A stretch of 64,000 bases of DNA from Lachnospiraceae bacterium. Lineage in GTDB: Bacteria > Bacillota > Clostridia > Lachnospirales > Lachnospiraceae. This document shows positions 58,061 to 64,000 of this stretch, piece by piece (within the stretch, counting starts at the first letter, position 1; each line of letters opens with the position of its first letter). Location: contig JAFUFI010000015.1 in NCBI GenBank assembly GCA_017469945.1, positions 51,427 through 115,426 of the forward strand, read 5' to 3'. Made by a program: the position numbers and the translations under genes. A model generated the notes under the pieces. It searched no databases. It was not told the DNA's origin and was given only the letters and a program-made list of their open reading frames with translations.

Positions 58061-58087
58061 AGAGTGGCTTGCGAGCCACTCTTTTTT
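58061..58087 (+). promoter_or_regulatory. Leader hairpin/attenuator upstream of the rimP-nusA-infB operon
   Basis: AGAGTGGC-TTGCGA-GCCACTCT plus T5, downstream of TTGACT (58005)-17 bp-TAATAT. Such terminator-like leaders are typical of Firmicutes rimP operons. Confidence 0.65.
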
Positions 58088-58132
58088 AGCGCAGAAGCCA
58101 AATCGCCGGGTTTCGGCAAAAAGGAAGACTAA

Positions 58133-58597
58133 ATGAGTAAAAGCAGTGATTATGAAGCAAAGACAGAAGAGCTCCTTCGCCCTATTGCAGAGCAGTACGG
58201 AGTCAGGATCTACGATGTCGAGTATGTAAAAGAAGGAAGCGATTATTACCTTCGTTCATACATAGACAAAGACGGCGGCGTTAATATCGAAGATTGCGAG
58301 AACGTCAGCAGAGCTCTTTCGGACGCGCTGGACAAAGATGACTTCATAGATGAAGCCTACATCATGGAAGTATCCAGCCCCGGCCTCGGCCGCACCCTTA
58401 AAAAGGATCGCCACTTAGAGTACTCTATCGGTGAAGAAGTCGAGATCAAACTTTACAAACCCATAGACGGTTGCAAGGACTTCGAAGGAACCCTCAAATC
58501 CTTTGACAAGGATAACATAGTTATTTCTGTTGACGACGTTGAGAAAATATTCTCACGTAAGGACATAGCTATAATAAGATTGAAACTTGACTTCTAA
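58133..58597 (+). CDS. rimP: Ribosome maturation factor RimP
   Basis: YDVEYVKEG, IDKDGGVNIEDCENVSR, MEVSSPGLGR.LK. Confidence 0.97.
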   Translation: MSKSSDYEAKTEELLRPIAEQYGVRIYDVEYVKEGSDYYLRSYIDKDGGVNIEDCENVSRALSDALDKDDFIDEAYIMEVSSPGLGRTLKKDRHLEYSIGEEVEIKLYKPIDGCKDFEGTLKSFDKDNIVISVDDVEKIFSRKDIAIIRLKLDF

Positions 58598-58615
58598 TTA
58601 AAATTATTAATTACA

Positions 58616-58767
58616 GCGGGAGAGCGTAGTGAGCTGTTCTGAGAGCAATGTGTCCGAGGCCAGCACTTGTTGAGTGCGAGTACTACGAAGCACGAAACTA
58701 GTACTGCTGCTTCGAGGACCCATAGCTGAGAAGCGATGCTCGAAGAACACTCACGAGCTAGGCCCGC
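58616..58767 (+). repeat. Structured repeat, copy 3 (same family as 19478-19640 and 19836-19992)
   Basis: Core AGCAATGTGTCCGAGGCC...CGAGGACCCATAGCT-GAGA-AGCGATGCT; outer stem GCGGG...GTGAG-TGTTC / GAACA-CTCAC...CCCGC. Confidence 0.75.
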
Positions 58768-58837
58768 GTCACTAGGACAATTTATTTTAGGATACATAAA
58801 AACTGAATATATTTAACGGAGGAAAAAAGAAAAAACT

Positions 58838-59971
58838 ATGAACACAGAACTGATGGAAGCACTTAACCTGCTTGAGAGAGAGAAAGGCATTAGCCGCGAC
58901 GTACTTCTCGATGCTATCGAGAATTCACTTATGCAGGCTTGCGAGAAGAACTTCGGATCAAGCGAGAATGTGCACGTTGAGATAGACCGTGAGACCTGCG
59001 ATTATCTCGTATATGCTGAGAAAGAGGTCGTTGAAACCTGCGCTGACGTTGCGGACAAGAATACTCAGATCAGCCTCGAGGATGCAAAGAAGATCTCCAA
59101 GAAGGCTAAGGTCGGAGACGTTATCAATGTTGAGATCAAGTCCAAGGAATTCGGACGTATCGCTGCACAGAACGCTAAGCAGGTTATCGTTCAGAAGATC
59201 AGAGAAGAAGAGAGAAACGTAATCTTCAATCAGTACTTTGAAAAGGAGAAGAACGTTGTTACCGGTATCGTACAGAGAATCATCGGAAAGAACGTATCTT
59301 TAAACCTCGGAAAGGCAGACGCTATCCTCGCTGAAGGTGAGATGGCAGAGGGCGAGACTTTCCGTATCGGCCAGAGAGTAAAGGTTTATGTACTTGATGT
59401 AAAGAGCTCAACAAAGGGACCTCGCATCAACGTAAGCCGCACTCATCCGGAACTCGTTAAGAGACTTTTCGAAGAGGAAGTTACCGAGATCGCTGACGGA
59501 ACAGTTGAGATAAAGAGCATTGCCCGTGAGGCCGGAAGCCGTACCAAGATCGCTGTATGGAGCAACAATGAAAATGTTGATCCCGTTGGTGCCTGCGTAG
59601 GTATGAACGGCGCGAGAGTAAATGCAATCGTTGATGAACTCGGCGGAGAGAAGATCGATATCGTTAACTGGGATGAGGATCCCGGAAGACTTGTTCAGAA
59701 TGCGCTTTCACCTGCTACCGTTGTAGCGGTATTTGCGGATCCTGATGAAAAGTCTGCTAAGGTTGTAGTTCCCGACGATCAGCTTTCACTTGCCATCGGT
59801 AAGGAAGGCCAGAACGCAAGACTTGCAGCAAAGCTTACCAACTATAAGATTGATATCAAGTCTGAGTCACAGGCTCAGGATGCTCCCGGATTCCGTTATG
59901 AAGATTATCTTTATGATGATGAGGAGGAGTACGATGAGGAGTACTCTGAAGAGAATCCTGACGAAGTATAA
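58838..59971 (+). CDS. nusA: Transcription termination factor NusA
   Basis: FGRIAAQNAKQVI, SRTHPELVKRLFEEEV.EI, AREAGSRTKIAV, AIGKEGQNARLAA. Confidence 0.99.
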   Translation: MNTELMEALNLLEREKGISRDVLLDAIENSLMQACEKNFGSSENVHVEIDRETCDYLVYAEKEVVETCADVADKNTQISLEDAKKISKKAKVGDVINVEIKSKEFGRIAAQNAKQVIVQKIREEERNVIFNQYFEKEKNVVTGIVQRIIGKNVSLNLGKADAILAEGEMAEGETFRIGQRVKVYVLDVKSSTKGPRINVSRTHPELVKRLFEEEVTEIADGTVEIKSIAREAGSRTKIAVWSNNENVDPVGACVGMNGARVNAIVDELGGEKIDIVNWDEDPGRLVQNALSPATVVAVFADPDEKSAKVVVPDDQLSLAIGKEGQNARLAAKLTNYKIDIKSESQAQDAPGFRYEDYLYDDEEEYDEEYSEENPDEV

Positions 59972-59986
59972 AGTAAGAGGAAATAA

Positions 59987-60256
59987 ATGGCAAAACAGAT
60001 TCCTGCCAGAGTATGTATAGGCTGTGGCGAAAAAAAGGAAAAGAATAAACTGATCCGGATAGTAAGAAGCAGCGAAGGTGTGTACGAACTCGACGAAAGC
60101 GGAAAGAAAAACGGAAGAGGCGCTTATATCTGTAAAAATGAGGAGTGCCTTAATCTCGCTTTCAAGAGAAAAGGTCTGGATAGGTCTTTTAAGGAAAGCG
60201 TACCTGAGGAAACGGTTTTAAAACTGAAAGGAGAGCTTGAAAATCTTGAACAATGA
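59987..60256 (+). CDS. ylxR: YlxR (RnpM) family RNA-binding protein
   Basis: P.RVCIGCGEKKEK..LIRIVR, GRGAYIC...C. Confidence 0.93.
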   Translation: MAKQIPARVCIGCGEKKEKNKLIRIVRSSEGVYELDESGKKNGRGAYICKNEECLNLAFKRKGLDRSFKESVPEETVLKLKGELENLEQ

Positions 60257-60554
60257 AGAAAAAGCTCTTTCCCTGCTGGGCCTCGCCTACAGAGGAAGAA
60301 ATCTTACAAGCGGTGAAGATCAGGTTTTGGACGCCATACGAAGCGGTAAGGCTAAACTTGTTATTGTGGCAAAAGATGCCTCGGACGGAACCAGAAAGCT
60401 TTTTAACGACAAATGTACATATTACGGAGTCGATATTAAGATCTGGGGAACAAAGGCGGGCATCGGACACGCCATCGGCAAGGAAACGAGAGCTTCTATC
60501 GCCGTTACGGAATCGGGGTTTGCCGGAAAACTTGTTACTTTAATGGAAAAATGA
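60237..60554 (+). CDS. ylxQ: L7Ae/L30e-like protein
   Basis: [35 protein letters not shown]. Confidence 0.9.
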   Translation: MKILNNEEKALSLLGLAYRGRNLTSGEDQVLDAIRSGKAKLVIVAKDASDGTRKLFNDKCTYYGVDIKIWGTKAGIGHAIGKETRASIAVTESGFAGKLVTLMEK

Positions 60555-60573
60555 TCGAAAGGATGTTTTGAAT

Positions 60574-63483
60574 ATGGCAAAAAAAAGGATACATGAAATA
60601 GCAAAGGATCTCGGAGTAGAAAGCAAAGATGTACTTGCTGTGTGCGCTCAGAAGGGCTTTAACGCAACAACATCATCAAGCGGACTCGATGAAGATCAGA
60701 TAGCAGAAATAAAAAAGTATTTTTCTAAGGCATCTGACAAGGCTGAAAGTGAAAAGAAGGCCGATAATAAGAGCGAAAAGAAGCCTGAAAAGACTGAAAA
60801 TGCTCCCAAGGCAGAAAACAAGGCAGAGGAAAAGGCACCTGCAAAGCAGCCTCAGACTGAGGAAAAGGCGCCCGCAAAGCAGTCCCAGCCTCAGGCAAAG
60901 CAGGCTCAGCCCCAGCAGGCTTCTCAGGAACAGCCCAAGAAAAAGAGAATCAGTATTGTACTTAATGACAAGGCACGTCCCGGAAACGGCGGTGGAAGAC
61001 CTCAGAATCAGCAGGGCGGAGGAAGACCCGGCGGACAGGGAGGCTATAATCAGTCAAGACCTCAGCAGCCTGTGGGAAGGATCAAGCCCCTTACCCCTCC
61101 TTCACCTACTCCCAGCGTAGCTATGGTTCCCGAGAATAAGGGATTCCAGCCTAAGAAGCCTCATGAGAGTGCTCCAGCTGTAAAGGAAGCTGCTCCTGCA
61201 GCAAATATCGCACAGGCACCTGTTAAGGAAAATACTGCTCCGATTAAGGAAAACGTTCAGAAGGGATTCGTAAATGGCGGTGATGCACAGGCTGCCGGCA
61301 GAGGCGCAGACCGCCAGGGAGCCGGCAATCGTCCCGCATCAGACAGATTTGCAAACAACAGAGGAGGTGCTGTTAATGGCAAAGTTAAAAACGATGGTCA
61401 AAAACCTCTCAGGCCGCAAGGGGAAGGCTTTAAGGGGAATAACAGGAACGGCAATAGCAATCCAGGCCCTGGCCGTGGCTTTAATAATAGTGGTCGAGAT
61501 GGCAGACCTAATGAAAGACAGGGAGCTGGATTTGGAGAAAATAGGAATCAAAAAGGCTTCCAGAATCAGGCAGCGCCCGCTGAAGGCGGCGACAAGTCCC
61601 GCGGAGGAAGAAGAGACAAGGGCAAAGACAGAGACAGACGCAAGGATATAGCCTTTGAGGAAGAGAACGAGGTTAAGCGCGCAGGAAGATTCATCAAGCC
61701 CGAGAAGAAGGTTGAAGTTGTAGAGGAAGTTATCAAGGTTATCACCCTTCCCGATACCATCACCATCAAAGATCTCGCTGAGAAGATGAAGCAGCGTCCC
61801 GCTGACATCGTTAAGAAGCTTTTCCTTGCAGGAAAGATGGTTACCTTAAACGATGAGCTCTCATTTGAGGATGCCGAGACTATCGCAATGGAGTACGAAA
61901 TCCTTTGCGAGCATGAAGTTAAGGTCGATATCATCGAAGAGCTTCTTAAAGAGGACGAAGAGGATGCAGCCCTTCTCAAGGACAGACCTCCCGTTGTCTG
62001 CGTTATGGGTCACGTTGACCATGGTAAGACTTCACTCCTTGACGCTATCAGAAAGACAAAGGTTACCGATAAAGAGGCCGGCGGTATTACCCAGGCTATC
62101 GGTGCGTATACAGTTGATGTACAGGGAAGAACAATCACTTTCCTCGATACTCCCGGACACGAAGCATTCACGGCGATGCGTATGAGAGGTGCGAACTCTA
62201 CAGATATCGCAATCCTCGTTGTAGCTGCTGATGACGGTGTTATGCCTCAGACCGTAGAAGCTATCAACCATGCAAAGGCAGCAGGCGTTGAGATCATCGT
62301 TGCTGTTAACAAGATCGATAAGCCCTCAGCTAATATCGACAGAGTAAAGCAGGAGCTTTCAGAGTACGAGCTCATTTCAGAGGACTGGGGCGGAAGTACA
62401 GTATTTGCCCCTGTTTCCGCTAAGACAGGAGAAGGAATCGACAATCTCCTTGATATGATCCTTCTTACCGCTGACGTACTTGAACTCAAGGCTAACCCCG
62501 ACAGAACCGCAAGAGGTCTTGTTATCGAGGCAGAGCTTGACAAGGGACGCGGACCGGTTGCTACCGTACTTGTACAGAAGGGTACACTTCACGTTGGAGA
62601 CTTTATCTCCGCAGGAGCTGCTTACGGTAAGGTAAGAGCTATGATCGACGATAAGGGACGCCGCGTAAAGGAAGCAACTCCTTCGACTCCCGTTGAGATC
62701 CTCGGACTTTCCGATGTTCCCGAGGCAGGTGAGGTATTCCTCGCACACGAGAACGACAAGACTGCAAGACAGTTTGCAGAGACCTATAAGGCTGAAAACA
62801 AGGCTAAGAAGCTTGAGGAGATCAAGGGTCGCATGAGCCTTGAGGACCTCTTCTCAAAGATCAAGGAAGGCAACCTTAAGGAACTCAACATCATTGTTAA
62901 GGCTGATGTTCAGGGATCCGTTGAGGCAGTTAAGGAATCCCTTACAAAGCTTTCCAATGACGAAGTAGTAGTTAAGTGCATCCACGGTGGTGTTGGTGCT
63001 ATCAACGAGTCCGACGTTTCGCTTGCAAGCGCTTCAAATGCGATCATCATCGGATTTAATGTACGTCCAGATGCTACCGCAAAGGCAACTGCTGAGGAAG
63101 AGAACGTAGACTTAAGACTTTATGATGTTATTTACAAGGCAATCGAAGATATCGAGCTTGCTATGAAGGGTATGCTTGATCCCGTATTCGAGGAGAAGGT
63201 TATCGGACATGCCGAGATCCGCCAGATCTTCAAGGCATCCGCAATCGGTAATATTTCCGGTTCCTACGTTCTTGACGGTGAGATCCAGAGAGGATGTAAG
63301 GTTCGTATTACCCGTGAAGGCGAGCAGATTTTCGAGGGTGATCTTGCTTCACTTAAGAGATTCAAGGATGATGTCAAGGAAGTTAAGGCCGGATTTGAGT
63401 GCGGACTTGTCTTTGACGGATTCGATAAGGTACAGGAACTCGATCAGGTAGAAGCATACATTATGGTAGAGGTACCCAGGTAA
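60574..63483 (+). CDS. infB: Translation initiation factor IF-2
   Basis: [55 protein letters not shown]. The ORF track starts at TTG 60568. Confidence 0.99.
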   Translation: MAKKRIHEIAKDLGVESKDVLAVCAQKGFNATTSSSGLDEDQIAEIKKYFSKASDKAESEKKADNKSEKKPEKTENAPKAENKAEEKAPAKQPQTEEKAPAKQSQPQAKQAQPQQASQEQPKKKRISIVLNDKARPGNGGGRPQNQQGGGRPGGQGGYNQSRPQQPVGRIKPLTPPSPTPSVAMVPENKGFQPKKPHESAPAVKEAAPAANIAQAPVKENTAPIKENVQKGFVNGGDAQAAGRGADRQGAGNRPASDRFANNRGGAVNGKVKNDGQKPLRPQGEGFKGNNRNGNSNPGPGRGFNNSGRDGRPNERQGAGFGENRNQKGFQNQAAPAEGGDKSRGGRRDKGKDRDRRKDIAFEEENEVKRAGRFIKPEKKVEVVEEVIKVITLPDTITIKDLAEKMKQRPADIVKKLFLAGKMVTLNDELSFEDAETIAMEYEILCEHEVKVDIIEELLKEDEEDAALLKDRPPVVCVMGHVDHGKTSLLDAIRKTKVTDKEAGGITQAIGAYTVDVQGRTITFLDTPGHEAFTAMRMRGANSTDIAILVVAADDGVMPQTVEAINHAKAAGVEIIVAVNKIDKPSANIDRVKQELSEYELISEDWGGSTVFAPVSAKTGEGIDNLLDMILLTADVLELKANPDRTARGLVIEAELDKGRGPVATVLVQKGTLHVGDFISAGAAYGKVRAMIDDKGRRVKEATPSTPVEILGLSDVPEAGEVFLAHENDKTARQFAETYKAENKAKKLEEIKGRMSLEDLFSKIKEGNLKELNIIVKADVQGSVEAVKESLTKLSNDEVVVKCIHGGVGAINESDVSLASASNAIIIGFNVRPDATAKATAEEENVDLRLYDVIYKAIEDIELAMKGMLDPVFEEKVIGHAEIRQIFKASAIGNISGSYVLDGEIQRGCKVRITREGEQIFEGDLASLKRFKDDVKEVKAGFECGLVFDGFDKVQELDQVEAYIMVEVPR

Positions 63484-63484
63484 T

Positions 63485-63895
63485 ATGCGTAAAAACAGTA
63501 TTAAAAATACCCGTGTTAACGGAGAGGTTCAAAAAGAGCTCTCCGTTATCATAAGGGATGAAATTAAAGACCCGCGCATCAGCCCTTGGACAAGCGTTGT
63601 GGACGTTCAGGTAGCGCCCGACTTAAAGACTTGTAAGGTTTGGATCTCTGTTCTCGGAAGCGAAGAGGACAGAGACAATACCGCTAAGGGACTTAAGAGC
63701 GCAGCGCCCTATATAAGACGCGAACTGGCCCACAGACTTAATTTAAGGAATACACCGGAGATTAATTTCGTGATGGACCAGTCAATCGAGTATGGTGTCA
63801 ATATGACCCACAAGATCGATGAAGTTATCGCAAAAGATGAGAACGCTGCTAAAGAGCGGGGAGATGAGTCCGACGAAAATATTTCCGAGGATTAG
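63485..63895 (+). CDS. rbfA: Ribosome-binding factor A
   Basis: EIKDPRI, DLKTCKVWIS, LRNTPEINFVMDQSIEYG. Confidence 0.97.
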   Translation: MRKNSIKNTRVNGEVQKELSVIIRDEIKDPRISPWTSVVDVQVAPDLKTCKVWISVLGSEEDRDNTAKGLKSAAPYIRRELAHRLNLRNTPEINFVMDQSIEYGVNMTHKIDEVIAKDENAAKERGDESDENISED

Positions 63896-63924
63896 GTTAT
63901 TTTGTTTGAACAGAGAGTGGATAT

Positions 63925-64000
63925 ATGGCAGAGTGTTTTGATATTTTAAAAGAGTGCGAAGGCGCTAAGAGAATCGGTATCAGCGGTCATATCAGGCCTG
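63925..64000 (+). CDS. DHH family phosphoesterase (NrnA-like), 3'-truncated by the window edge
   Basis: MAECFDILKECEGAKRIGISGHIRP(D), the DHH motif-I start; the usual position after rbfA. Confidence 0.7.
   Translation, partial: MAECFDILKECEGAKRIGISGHIRP

Noticed and set aside
60700-61650. Long Q/P/G/N/R low-complexity stretch in infB as an insertion
   Set aside because: A variable disordered N-terminal region is normal for IF-2.

Overview
A 64-kb stretch of mostly core chromosome from a Clostridia bacterium, most likely Lachnospiraceae (Butyrivibrio-like). The lineage call is an inference from gene content and protein style. Almost all genes are on the + strand. In order, the window holds: hybrid histidine kinases around purA; an H+-type F1Fo ATP synthase operon (atpB-E-F-[delta/alpha fusion]-G-D-C) running into three membrane/glycosyltransferase genes; a candidate sRNA; and a preQ1-riboswitch/VUT transporter/SDR locus interrupted by an inverted pair of structured repeats. 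These are followed by feoA-feoA-feoB with a Cys-rich/HMA fusion gene, an aldo-keto reductase, GGDEF, DUF1015, Hpt and hybrid kinase genes, trmO, and a LacI-regulated maltodextrin ABC/GH13 locus. Then come PBP1A, yigZ, mgtE, CIRCE-groESL, an EAL protein and a Cof hydrolase. Next is an AT-rich 4-gene accessory island (51588-55426), a PadR envelope-stress operon with a 5-copy operator array, and rimP-nusA-ylxR-ylxQ-infB-rbfA with the start of a DHH phosphoesterase gene. No rRNA, tRNA, CRISPR array, integrase or transposase was seen. Best leads: (1) the island, whose first gene looks like a two-domain, PCNA-sized sliding-clamp fold linked to a SEL1-repeat protein; (2) an SDR linked to preQ1-controlled queuosine-precursor uptake; (3) three copies of a covarying structured repeat; (4) an anti-Shine-Dalgarno sRNA candidate; (5) the delta-alpha fusion in the ATP synthase. 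All assignments come from reading the sequence; no database search was run.
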